Origin: Octopus vulgaris
Taxonomy: Eukaryota
NCBI GenBank assembly: GCA_951406725.2
Contig: OX597826.1
Span: forward strand, 61,814,001 to 61,878,000
Direction: 5' to 3'
Length of the DNA stretch: 64,000 nucleotides
In this document: piece by piece, positions 13,669 through 25,184 of the stretch
Numbering within the stretch: the stretch's first letter is position 1
How the letters are laid out: each line of letters starts with the position of its first letter
Program-made: the position numbers and the translations under genes
Notes under the pieces: model-generated
Told to the model about the DNA's origin: nothing
The model's input: only the letters and a program-made list of their open reading frames with translations
Databases searched by the model: none

Positions 13669-16600
13669 TTTTCCTGGAAGCTTCAGGGAAAGTCCATAGG
13701 ATTTCAAGGTAAGTTCCGGGGATTTTCCAGCTTCCTGTGGAAATTTGGTCAGAAACTTCATGGAAAGTTCCGAGGATTTAATGGAAAGGTCCGAGGATTC
13801 CTACGACTTCCTGGAAAATTGATCAGAAACTTCATGGAAAGTTCCAGGGATGTCCCCGAATTCCTGGATTATTGGTCAGAAACTTCATGGAAAGCTCCGA
13901 GCATTCAATGGAAAGTACCGGGGATTCCCCCAACGTCCAGGAAAACTGGTCAAAAACTTCATGGAAAGTTCCGAGGATTCAATGGAAAGTTCCGGGGATT
14001 CACCTAACTTCCTGGAAAATTGGTCAGAAACTTCATGGAAAGTTCCGAGGATTATATGATAATAATATATAATTATATATAATATATAATTATATATATA
14101 TATATATAATTATATTAAAACCATGTAAGTGTGCGTATTTTCCTGGAAGCTTCATGGAAAGTCTATAGGATTTCAAGGTAAGTTCCGGGGATTTTCCAGC
14201 TTCCTGTGGAAATTTGGTCAGAAACTTCATGGAAAGTTCCGGGGATTCCCCAACATCCTGGAAATTTGGTCAGAAACTTCCTGGAAAGTTCCGAGGATTG
14301 CATGGAAAGTTGGTGAGGGGTATCCCCAACCTTCCTGGAAAATTGGTCAGAAACTTCATGGAAAGTTCCGGGGATTTCCCAAATTCCTGGAAAATTGGTC
14401 AGAAACTTCATGGGAAGTTCCGAGGATTTAACGGAAATTCCGGGGATTTCCCCGACATCCTGGAAAATTGGTCAGAAACTTCATGGAAAGTTCCGAGGAT
14501 TTCATGGAAATGTCCGATGATTTCCCAATTTCCTGGAAATTTGGTCAGAAAATTCATGGAAAGTTCCAAGGATTTCATGGAAATTTCCGGGAATTTCCTA
14601 ATTTCCTGAGAATTGGTCAGAAACTTCATGGAAAGTTCCGAGGATTCAATGGAAAGTTCCGGGAATTCCCCAACTTCCTGGAAAATTGGTCAGAAACTTC
14701 ACGGAAAGTTCCGAGGATTTAATGGAAATTTCCGGGGATTCCCCAAACTCACCGGAAAATTAGTCAGAAATTTCATGGAAAGTTCCGAGGATTTAATGGA
14801 AAGTTCCGAGAATTTAATGGAAAGTTCCGCGATTTCCCCAACTTCCTAGAAAATTGGTCAGAAACTTCATGGAAAGTTCCGAGGATTTAATGGAAAGTTA
14901 CGAGGTTTTAATGGAAAGTTCCGGGGATTCCCCAATCTCCTGGAAAAATGGTCAGAAACTTCATGGAAAATCCCGAGGATTTAATGGAAAGTTCAGGGGA
15001 TTTCCCCTACTTGCTGGAAATTTGGTCAGAAACTTCATGGAAAGTTCCGAGGATTTAATGGAAAGGTCCGAGGATTCCTACGACTTCCTGGAAAATTGAT
15101 CAGAAACTTCATGGAAAGTTCCAGGGATTTCCCCGACATCCTGGAAAATTGGTCAGAAACTTCATGGAAAGTTCCGAGGATTTCATGGAAATGTCCGATG
15201 ATTTCTTGGAAATTTGGTCAGAAAATTCATGGAAAGTTCCAACGATTTCATGGAAATGTCCGGGAATTTCCTAATTTCCTGAAAATTGGTCAGAAACTTC
15301 ATGGAAAGTTCCGAGGATTCAATGGAAAGTTCCGGGAATTCCCCTAACTTCCTGGAAAATTGGTCAGAAACTTCACGGAAAGTTCCGAGGATTTAATGGA
15401 AATGCCCGGGGATTCCCAAACTCCCCGGAAAATTAGTCAGAAACTTCATGGAAAGTTCCGAGGATTTAATGGAAAGTTCCGAGAATTTAATGGAAAGTTC
15501 GGGATTTCCCCAACTTCCTAGAAAATTGGTCAGAAACTTCATGGAAAGTTCCGAGGATTTAATGGAAAGTTACGAGGTTTTAATGGAAAGTTCCGGGGAT
15601 TCCCCAATCTCCTGGAAAAATGGTCAGAAACTTCATGGAAAATCCCGAGGATTTAATGGAAAGTTCAGGGATTTCCCCTACTTGCTGGAAATTTGGTCAG
15701 AAACTTCATGGAAATTTCCGAGGATTTAATGGAAAGGTCCGAGGATTCCTACGACTTCCTGGAAAATTGATCAGAAACTTCATGGAAAGTTCCAGGGATG
15801 TCCCCGAATTCCTGGATTATTGGTCAGAAACTTCATGGAAAGCTCCGAGGATTCAATGGAAAGTACCGGGGATTCCCCCAACGTCCAGGAAAACTGGTCA
15901 AAAACTTCATGGAAAGTTCCGAGGATTTCATGGAAAGTTCCGCGGATTTCCCCGACTTCCTGGATAATTGGACATAAACTTCATGGAAAGTTCCAAGGAT
16001 TTCATGGAAAGTTCCAGGGATTTCCCCGAATTACCTGGAAAATTGGTCAGAAACTTCATGGAAAGTTCCGAGGATTTAATGGAAAGTTACGAGGATTTAA
16101 TGGAAAGTTCAGGGGATTCCCCCAACTTCCTGGAAAATTGGTCAGAAACTTTTGGGAAAGGTCCGGGGATTTCCCAAATTCCTAGAAAATTGGTCAGAAA
16201 CTTCATGGAAAGTTCCGAGAATTTAATGGAAAGTTCCGGGGATTCCCCCAACTTCCTGGAGATTTGATCAGAAACTTTATGGAAAGTCCCGGGGATTTCC
16301 CCGACATCCTGGAAAACTGGTCAGAAACTTCATGGAAAGTTCCGATAATTTCATGGAAATGTCCGCGGATTTCCCCGACTTCCTGGAGAATTGGTCAGAA
16401 ACTTCATGGAAAGTTCCAAGGATTTCATGGAAAGTTCCAGGGAATTCCCCGAGTTCCTGGAAAATTGGCCAGAAACTACATGGAAAGTTCCGCGGATTTA
16501 ATGGAAAGTTACGTGGATTTAATGGAAAGTTCAGGGGATTCCCCCAACTTCCTGGAAAATTGGTCAGAAACTTTTGGGAAAGTTCCGAGGATTTCATGGA

Positions 16601-17228
16601 AATGTCCGGGGATTTCCCAAATTCCTAGAAAATTGGTCAGAAACTTCATGGAAAGTTCCGAGAATTTAATGGAAAGTTCCGGAAACTTCATGGAAAGTTC
16701 CGAGAATTTAATGGAAAGTTCCGGAAACTTCCTGGAAATTTGGTCGGAAAGTTCATGAAAGTTCTGATGAATTAATCGAAAGTTCTAGGGATTTCCCCGA
16801 CTTCCTGGAAATTTGGTCAGAAACTTCATGGAAAGTTCCGAGGATTTAATGGAAAGTTCCGGGGATTTCCCCGACTTCCTAGAAAATTGATCGGGAACTT
16901 CCTGGAAAGTTCCCAGGATTTCATAGAAAGTTCGGGGTTTTCCCAACTTCCTGGTAAATTGGTCAGAAACTTCATGGAAAGTTCCGGCCATTCCCAACTT
17001 TCCGGAAAATATCTCGGAAACCTCCTGTAATGTTCCAGGATTTCATGGAAAGTTCCGGGGATTTTCCAACTTCATGGAAAATTTGGTAGGAAATTTCATG
17101 GGAAGTTCTGAGGATTTCAAGGAAAGTTCCGCGGATTTCCTAACTTTTTGGAAACTTGGTTGGAAACTTCATGGAAATTTCCGAGGATTTCATGGATAGT
17201 TCCGGGAATTCCCCAACTTCCTGGAAAA
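13669..17228. repeat. About 3.6-kb complex satellite of 21-30 bp GGAAA-initiated subunits with higher-order repeats
   Basis: Recurring modules GGAAAATTGGTCAGAAACTTCAT, GGAAAGTTCCGAGGATTTAAT and GGAAAGTTCCGGGGATTCCCCAACTTCCT; larger blocks recur (about 14445-15110 vs about 15126-15780). Confidence 0.95.
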
Positions 17229-17257
17229 TATCGCTTATAGCGATTAGGCCACGTCCG

Positions 17258-17742
17258 AGTTATTGTTCATTGACAATTCGCTTTCAAGGGCTCGACCGTT
17301 AGTCGTGTGTTCTACTGCGATGGTTTGAATCGTTCGAAGGAAGACATTCAACCAGATCTGTGGAACGTGAAGAACTGGATTCTTCACGACGACAATGCCT
17401 CCGAGTTCTTCTCACTCGTCAGTTTCGCGTCATAAAACATTGTATCGCTTCCGAAACTGTCCTGTTTACCAGTCCAGTACCTTGCGACTTCCACCTCTTC
17501 TCCAAGAGGAAAATACTGCTCAAAGGTCGCTGTTTCAACATCATTGTTGAGATCCAGAACGAATCGCAGAAAGTACTCGGAAATCGACTTCCAGACCGCT
17601 TTCCAAAAGAGGCAGTAACGCTGGGACCGGTGTATTGTTACGCAAGGTGATTATTTTGAAGGAGATGATGTGAAAACTTAAATAAATAAATTAATTTTTA
17701 TTAAACATATCCAGTTCAGAAACTTCTTCATACATGTCATAT
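17258..17742 (+). mobile_element. Decayed mariner transposase, C-terminal half
   Basis: IVH..., WILHDDNA, PCDFHLF, LKGRCF, RWDRCIVTQGDYFEGD, then a TIR-like end before TA at about 17740. Confidence 0.85.
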
Positions 17743-17967
17743 ATGCAAATATATAAATACACACGCACCCTACCCCATACGCACATATTTGTTTATACCA
17801 TACAGATCCACATTTCTCCAAAGAAACACTTTTGAAATATTACCAATGTGCATTCGTTTCAATTCGTCCTCTGTATTTTGAACATCATTTATTCTTATAT
17901 ACTACTGCTTGTATTGATTAGCAACGATTTCTATCTCTTTCTGTCTCTCTCTCTCCCTCTCTCTTTG

Positions 17968-18008
<41 letters not shown>

Positions 18009-18567
18009 ATGTGTCTGTGTCTGTATGCATACATATATACTACAATATATATGTATATATGTGTGTTATAAATTCAATCGAGAAAAAAAACGAACTCAAA
18101 GACGTTGCTAAAGTACGAAGAGAAAAAGAAAGAAATTCGGAGAACAAGAAGATTGAGCAGAATACGAAGAAGCAGGAAGAGAAATGGCAGGTGAGTAAAA
18201 GTTAAGAGATTCCTTGAAATTTTATTGAATATATTAAATGAAATGACCGAAGCATATGTTATAGACATTCCAGATGCAATGAATGTTATGAATGTGGGAC
18301 AATCTTGTTTAGAGATCATTGCAAATAGCTGAATCTGGCAGCTCGTTAAAAGGGAAGAAAAGAGAAGGCACAGGCATATCGAGCTTCTTTTTCTTTCATT
18401 CGATGACAAGCGGCCTGTGTTAAGCGATGATATATATATATATCATCCACTCTCAAAATGACAAAATCAATCAACAGAGACGCATACATATCACACACAT
18501 AAATGTACAAAAACATATCTTTAGAAATATGTATATTGTACTTTAATTATATCTTTAAATATAGTAC

Positions 18568-18600
<33 letters not shown>

Positions 18601-18602
<2 letters not shown>

Positions 18603-18713
18603 CGCTGGAGTGGCTGTGTGGTAACCACATGCTTCCAGGGTTCAGTCCCACTGCGTGCCACTTTGGGTTAGTGTAGATTTGGTAGACGGAAACTGAAAGA
18701 GGCCCGTCGTTTA

Positions 18714-18756
<43 letters not shown>

Positions 18757-18961
18757 TTGTGTGTTTGTCTCCCCAACACTGCTTGACAACCGATGTTTGT
18801 GTGTCTACGTCCACGCAACATAGTGATTCGGCAAAAAGACCCCGATAGAATAAGTACTAGGCTTACAAAGAATAAGTCCTGGAGTTGATTTGCTCGACTA
18901 AATGCGGTGTTCCAGCATGGCTGCAGTCAAATGACTGAGACAAGTAAAAGGAATAAAAGAA
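18601..18961 (+). mobile_element. SINE family A copy
   Basis: Same head, core and tail as 10087-10475. Confidence 0.9.
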
Positions 18962-18971
18962 TATATATATA

Positions 18972-19214
18972 TTCTTTTATTCTTTTATTTGTTTCAGTCA
19001 TTTGACTGCGGCCATGATGGAGCACTGCCTGAAAGGGATTCAGTCGGAGATATTGATCCTAGGACTTATTGTTTTTAAGCCTAAGGTTTGTGCTACCGGT
19101 CTCTTTGGTCGAACCGCTAGATTATGAGACCGTAAACGCACCGACTTCAGTTGTCAAGCGATGGTTGGGAGACAAACAAAGACACACACACACACACATA
19201 TATATATGTATATA

Positions 19215-19267
<53 letters not shown>

Positions 19268-19427
19268 GACAGGTTTCTTTCAGTTTCCGTTTACCAAATC
19301 TACTTGCAAATCTTTGGTCGTTCTGAGGTTATAGTAGATAACAGCTGCCCAAGTTGCTACGCAGTGGGACTGAACCCGAAAACATGTGGTTCCGAAGCAA
19401 GCTTCTTACCACACAGCCACTATTCCG
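18972..19427 (-). mobile_element. SINE family A copy, tail-to-tail with the previous copy
   Basis: Reverse complement of family A, from ttttattt/tgtttcagtca to cacagccact. Confidence 0.88.
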
Positions 19428-19936
19428 TGGCAAAAACAATGTACGAGACTTTGACAATTTTTGATATCTTAGCTTCTGAAGCAGCTGGAGCTACGATAGT
19501 TTGACCAACAGTATCGGCTATTGCAAGCAAGAATAAATATTGAAAACAACTCATTCGGCCAAATTTGGATATACCACATTCTAAACTTATAGCAAGGATA
19601 TATATATATATATATATAAATACTTAATCATATCAAAGGGAAAGGGAAATTAAATAAAATTTCCATTTCCAGTAGCCTAACGTGTAAATATTTAGTCCAA
19701 AGACTATGTATTAGTCATAAAATACAGTGTACATTTAAACACATGAGGAATCCACTCGTGGGATTCAACACGCTAGAAAGAACAGCTAGGTTCCATAACC
19801 ACAAAATTAGGGATAAAATTCGACAGGTATATACATATATATATATATATTCAACATGTGATCTCTTGAGCACCACCAGCAAAAAAAAAAAAAAATTTCC
19901 TCTGTCTTCCCTTCTCGGGATCTTTCCTTCTCCTTT

Positions 19937-19971
19937 GTTTCCGACGAAGAGCTCCGCTCGAAACGTTAAAC
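19937..19971 (+). ncRNA. Minimal hammerhead ribozyme-like motif (Penelope type, U4C variant)
   Basis: GTTT-CCGACGA-A-GAGC(TCC)GCTC-GAAAC-GTT-AAAC: stem I GUUU/AAAC, stem II GAGC/GCUC, palindromic AACGUU stem III. Confidence 0.55.
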
Positions 19972-20269
19972 CCTCCTTCCCTTCTTTCCTGAGCGTCAAA
20001 TAATACTTTAATTGTTCCACGTCCTCGCGTTGCTGTGTTTTTTTTTTGTTTTTTTCTGTGTTTTCTTGTTTGGATTAACTATATATATATATATATATAT
20101 AACTATATATATATATATATATATATATACATAGTGGCTTTAACGATAAATTAATATATAATCCCTCTAATAATAATCAAAATATTGATAATAGTGGCAC
20201 CAAATAGAAAGTAATAGGCAACCCCTCTAGTATAAATCACGATATATATTAATCCGTATATATTAATCC

Positions 20270-20345
<76 letters not shown>

Positions 20346-20477
20346 TATCCGAAGTTTATAGTACTAAGTATCCATCACGGCTTGTCTTACCTATCGGTTT
20401 TGCGCATGCAAAAAGCTCACATACGTACATGTGTCTGTACTAGCATAAATACTCAATATTTTAATTAACCTCTTTAC

Positions 20478-20670
20478 CATTGGCGTACAACCTGAAATTG
20501 TGAGGAGGAGGAGGAGGATAGTTGATCGCATCGATCAGAATTTTTGCCTGGTACTTATTTCATCGACCCTGGAAGAATGAAAGGCAAGTTCAAATTCGGT
20601 GTAATTTGAACATAAAAAACGGATGAAATGCCGCTAAGAATTTTTGTTCGGCATGTAAACGATTTTGCCT
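20478..20670 (-). mobile_element. SINE family B copy (degenerate)
   Basis: ctggtacttatttcatcgaccctggaagaatgaaaggcaag core in reverse; a + strand head fragment follows at 20698-20747. Confidence 0.75.
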
Positions 20671-20904
20671 TTCTCAATATTTTAGTAATGAGATGTAAAG
20701 CGGTGAGTTGGCAGAAACGTTAGCACACCGGGCGGAATGCTTAGCGATCGTGAGTCGATTATTCAAACCATCAAGCCACGCGCCTTCCCATACACATGCA
20801 TAATACATAGAGAAGGCAGAAAAACATACTTACAGAGATACTTAGATACAACTATGCACACACATACATGTATATATGTAAATATGTACATATACTGATT
20901 TTTT

Positions 20905-21180
20905 TTTTCCTTCTCGAGCCACGCTTGGCTCATAGGCCGGGTTTCCCGTTTTCCTTGGCGTATAGGTTCCCCACCTGGACGGGACACCAATATATGCAGG
21001 AGGAAAGAGTGAGAGAAAGTTGTGGCGAAAGAGTCAGCAGAAGTTCGCCATTACCTTCTGCCGGCGCCGCGTGGAGCTTAGGTGTTTCGCTCATAAACAC
21101 ACACATCATCCGGTCTGAGATTCGAACCCGTGATCCCTCTGTCCGCGAGTCCACTGCTCTAACCACTAGGAATTGTACCT
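20905..21180 (-). mobile_element. tRNA-derived SINE with family C head and an alternative tail
   Basis: Reverse complement of 50015-50305 (GTTCGAATC B box; AAACACCTAAGCTCCACGCGG; GGGGAACCTATACG...CTCGAGAAGGA). Confidence 0.85.
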
Positions 21181-21186
21181 CCATAT

Positions 21187-21243
<57 letters not shown>

Positions 21244-21553
21244 CACACACATACACACATACACACAAACACACACACACACACATATATATGTAAATAC
21301 GTGCAAATACATATACATACCTAAACAGACAGACAAGGAAACACACATACATATACACGCACGCATGCGTGCTCACACAGACGCACACACACATGAATGT
21401 GTGTATGTATGTATTTTGAAATAAGCGTTTAAAAACTGGGAGAAACGATTTTAATGTAAATTACTCAGTAATATACAATATCGGTTTAAGCACTTACATG
21501 TCATGTTAAGTGTTAACATTTTAAAATATATATGCGTGCATATGTGCGTGCTT

Positions 21554-21609
<56 letters not shown>

Positions 21610-22818
21610 GCACGCGCCTGTATGTGTGCATATATCTGTTTCGATATGAGTGCCTCAGTTTAAAAATATATTAAATTAACATAATACTAAATTCATCGCT
21701 TAATATTCTGTTGTTATTTGTTATGTTCATAATTCTAGCAATTTCGACAAAGTTCGAAAAATCTAAACACAAACACATACAAACACGTACTTACACATAC
21801 TAAAATGTATACGCTTGTACGTTGCTAATATTTTGTGCTTTAAAACACAGAATCTCTTTCTGTCTCAAACACAGTCACGAACACACATTTACACACATAG
21901 TTGTGTGCATGTAATTATTATAGTGCAGGCAGAAATGCTTGAGATATACATGAATATGTCTGACATTAAGAAGACATATATGGTCTTGAAATTTCACAAT
22001 ATCACCATCACTAATATTAATAGCTACTTCAAAAATAAGTACGCAGTTTGTACAAATTAATGCTGACTTTGTAATAACGACAAATACTTTATCCTCACTC
22101 GGATAACAACCAGATTATAGGGGAGAATAATTTTAAATTCTTAAAGTCACTATAGATTTAAATTGAGCGCATCAAAACAGGAACTCAGTTCTAGTGAAGG
22201 AGGTAGACCGGAAATAAAGAAAATGATGGACAAACATAACCTGTAGATAAGACACATATCTACACACATATATTCTCATGTATACACACATGCATATACA
22301 CGTAATTTTACAAGTGGTCCAATGTTGTTTCAGCAAATGTTTCAGCTAAAGTTCATTACACAATTTAGGCTTCAGAAAATGTGAAATTCTGTCTATTTAG
22401 CTTCGGAAGAAAAGGGAATAGTGTTGGAATTAGAGAGCTAAGTAAAATTTAAACTGGTACTAAGGAGAAGGAAAAAAAGGAAGTTAAGGTAAAGGTGAGA
22501 AAATGTTTGAAGTGCAATTGGAAGAGTAGTAAGAGGAGAAAAGAATGAATCACAGCGGAGTTAGTAGATAAAGGAGGATAACGGGACTTAGGGTTATAAG
22601 TAAAACGCATTAGTATCACTGAGGGGAGTGACAAGGAGAAGGGAGGGAGGAGTTGGTGATAATGTTATGGACAGCGCATGAGGAGGTGATTTTGTAAGGC
22701 TGAATACGGAACGTAGATCAACACTTCGAAGCACATATAACCACTTGCGATAAATAAATACGTTTATGAATTTGTATTGCAATATTCCTGATGTGAAACC
22801 GCGTGTTAAAACAGATAT

Positions 22819-23160
22819 TGTTATATCTTGGGATGGTCATTTTTTGTTTGCCAAATAAACATACGCACTATATATTTCTTCTTCCCTCGTATATTATTGG
22901 TCTAATTTTGACTCATCTCCTTTGACCGGAAATCTTTCTTCGCACATCTGCGACCTACATTGAATGGACTAAGCAGAGCAGGATCATACATGATGAAGGA
23001 AAGTGTTGCTGAATAGGTCCCAGATGTGTGACGAAAGAACTCTGGACGATGGACAGATTAAATAAAAACGGTAATAAACGAGTGAAGAACAAATTTATAA
23101 TGCGTTTGTTTATTTGGCACACACCCCCCACAAAAAAACCCGGCCATCCCGAAATATAAT
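22819..23160. repeat. Diverged inverted pair of an approximately 140-bp repeat (MITE-like)
   Basis: ttatatcttgggatgg..tgccaaataaacatacgca..cacatctgcgaccta is mirrored by taggtcccagatgtg..tgcgtttgtttatttggca..ccatcccgaaatataa. Confidence 0.7.
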
Positions 23161-23658
23161 CACTCGTGATGAATAATTAGTTATGGTGAAAGACGTATAT
23201 GGAAAGTAGAGAAATGTTAAATTGGGTTTTGATCCAAATGTTACATGGTGTGCAAATTGTAAGCGGTTTGGACGGCTCATGACGGCTCATGATGGTAAAA
23301 GTTAATTTGGAGATGAGTACTAAATCATCTGAGACAGCCTGTGGTTCTATGATACAAGCTTCCTGTATCAAGTCATCAAAATGTAAATTTAACTTCAAAA
23401 TTTCTTGCTAATTTATGGTCTAGGCACTAATTATTTTGCTAGATTCATTATAAATTTCATAGCTATTTAAAATAAAAGCAATAATTCTCTACAGAAATAT
23501 AATAAGAGGATTAAATATATCTGTTTTCTATCTTCAAATAGGCTGAGCAGTCGGGGTATATTTCCGTTGGATCTACTTCAGTAATTCCGAATTGTTAGTT
23601 GAGATAATAATACTTTCTTAAGTAACGACAAGATAGATAGTACTATTAATCTTTATAT

Positions 23659-23761
23659 TGTACAAAGGTCGTTTCAACCCATCCTGCTACTGTCTTTTAT
23701 GGGTGGGACTCCTTTCAACATGTGTTGCATCAATTTTACAGTCGGGGTTTCATCAGGTACA
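23659..23761 (-). ncRNA. Degenerate hammerhead-like motif with long stem II
   Basis: Minus strand TGTAC-CTGATGA-AACCC...(about 65 nt)...GGGTT-GAAAC-gacc-TTT-GTACA; stems I and II pair, stem III is damaged. Confidence 0.4.
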
Positions 23762-23904
23762 TCTACACATAAAGGTTTGTGTCTCACTAAAGAAACTCAA
23801 TCATGTTGTTATATGACCGTCTGGTTAGGGAAGGAAGCATCACTATAATTTTCAATTACTATTCTCTATTTTCAATAGGAGCTGAAAACATTTGTAAATA
23901 TATA

Positions 23905-24115
23905 TTTCTTTATTGCCCACAAGGAGCTAAACACAGAGGGGGACAAACAAACACAGACAAAGGGGTTAAGTCGATTACATCGACCCTCCCAGTGCGAAAC
24001 TGGTACTTTATTTATCGACCCCGAAAGGATGAAAGGCAAAGTCGACCTCGGCGGAATTTGAACTCAGAACGTAACGACACACGAAATACTGCTAAGCATT
24101 TCGCCCGGCATGCTA
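23905..24115 (-). mobile_element. SINE family B copy
   Basis: tttctttattgcccacaagg...ccgaaaggatgaaaggcaaagtcgacctcggcggaatttgaactcagaacg, well conserved with 61475-61696. Confidence 0.88.
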
Positions 24116-24199
24116 GACAAATAATTGTTGATATATAGAAAGACATTACACATATGTACACACACACATGTAACTACAGTCATTCATTATGTTACTTAC

Positions 24200-24350
24200 T
24201 TGAGGCTGCGATTGTACAAATTGAATGCCAGAAAGAATATAGCCATCGAAACACCAACGATGCATAGAGCACAGACTGTGTAAAATGCTGTGGGATGTAT
24301 AGCTTTTAATTTCATAACAATTATATTCTTGTCATAGGGTACACGGCGTC
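24200..24350 (-). CDS. GABA-B-R3: Internal exon (151 nt, phase 1-2) of the GABA-B receptor-like gene, linker plus TM1
   Basis: Acceptor gtgtatttctag|GA, donor CTCAA|gtaagt. Encodes (G)RRVPYDKNIIVMKLKAIHPTAFYTVCALCIVGVSMAIFFLAFNLYNRSL(K): hydrophobic TM1 ending FLxFN...R. No cysteine-rich domain before TM1, as in GABA-B rather than mGluR. Confidence 0.92.
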
Positions 24351-24627
24351 CTAGAAATACACGCAAAAACATACATATAGATATACATATAAATATACAT
24401 ATGCATAAATTACATTTATAAATACACTATACATATAAACTGACAAATATATACATACATATAAAGTATGTTTATAAATATAATATATAGACATATAAAC
24501 GTACGAACGCATGCATACGTACGTACATACATACATACACACATACGTACATGCATACATATACATACATACATACATATATACATACATACATACATAC
24601 ATACAAACATACATACATACGTACATA

Positions 24628-24825
24628 CATACATATATACATACATACATATATGTTTGCAAGCATGCAGAGCAATGTATCTCGCAAAGTAGAAAATGAT
24701 GACAATATTAACATGAACGTACGTACGTACGTACATACGTACGTACGTACATACATACATACATACATACACACACACATACATACATACATACATACAC
24801 ACACACACATACATACATACATACA

Positions 24826-24859
<34 letters not shown>

Positions 24860-24937
24860 CATACATACATATATGTTTGCAAGCATGCAGAGCAATGTCT
24901 CTCGCAAAGTAGAAAATGATCACAATATTAACATGAA
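24628..24937. repeat. Local tandem duplication of an approximately 90-bp segment inside a (TACA)n tract
   Basis: atatgtttgcaagcatgcagagcaatgt(a/c)tctcgcaaagtagaaaatgat(g/c)acaatattaacatgaa occurs at about 24651-24717 and 24871-24937. Confidence 0.9.
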
Positions 24938-25143
24938 GGCGGCAAATGGTAGGATCGTTAACCTGCCGTGAGTATGCTTAGCGACATTTTGTCCGCCTTT
25001 ACATTCATAATTTAAATGCCATCGCGGTCTATTTTTGCCTTTCCTAATTCCGTGGAAATATGTACCAGATGAATACTGTAGCCAATGTGATTGATTTATT
25101 CCTCTCCCGAAATTGCTGGCCTTCTGCTAAAATCTGAAACCAA
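24936..25143 (+). mobile_element. SINE family B copy (degenerate)
   Basis: aaggcggc...atgcttagcg...tttgcctttcc...tgtaccag...aaattgctggcctt...tgaaacca. Confidence 0.7.
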
Positions 25144-25184
25144 TATTAATTTGAACTGAAGCCTTGTTTGGTCTCTTGGCTGGT

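Noticed and set aside
13669-17228. CRISPR array or repetitive protein (MESSED.../GKFRGF... ORFs)
   Set aside because: No unique spacers, no cas genes, eukaryotic context; ORFs open and close in all frames as expected for a satellite.
18074-18196. Plus-strand Lys/Glu-rich exon with CAG|GTGAGT donor
   Set aside because: Purine-rich low-complexity sequence with no acceptor or partner exons.
18200-18409. Possible next GABA-B exon (TM2-like GMSITYASVISF) on the minus strand
   Set aside because: Lacks the expected IKxSSP..N motif and has no suitable donor site; similarity is probably chance.
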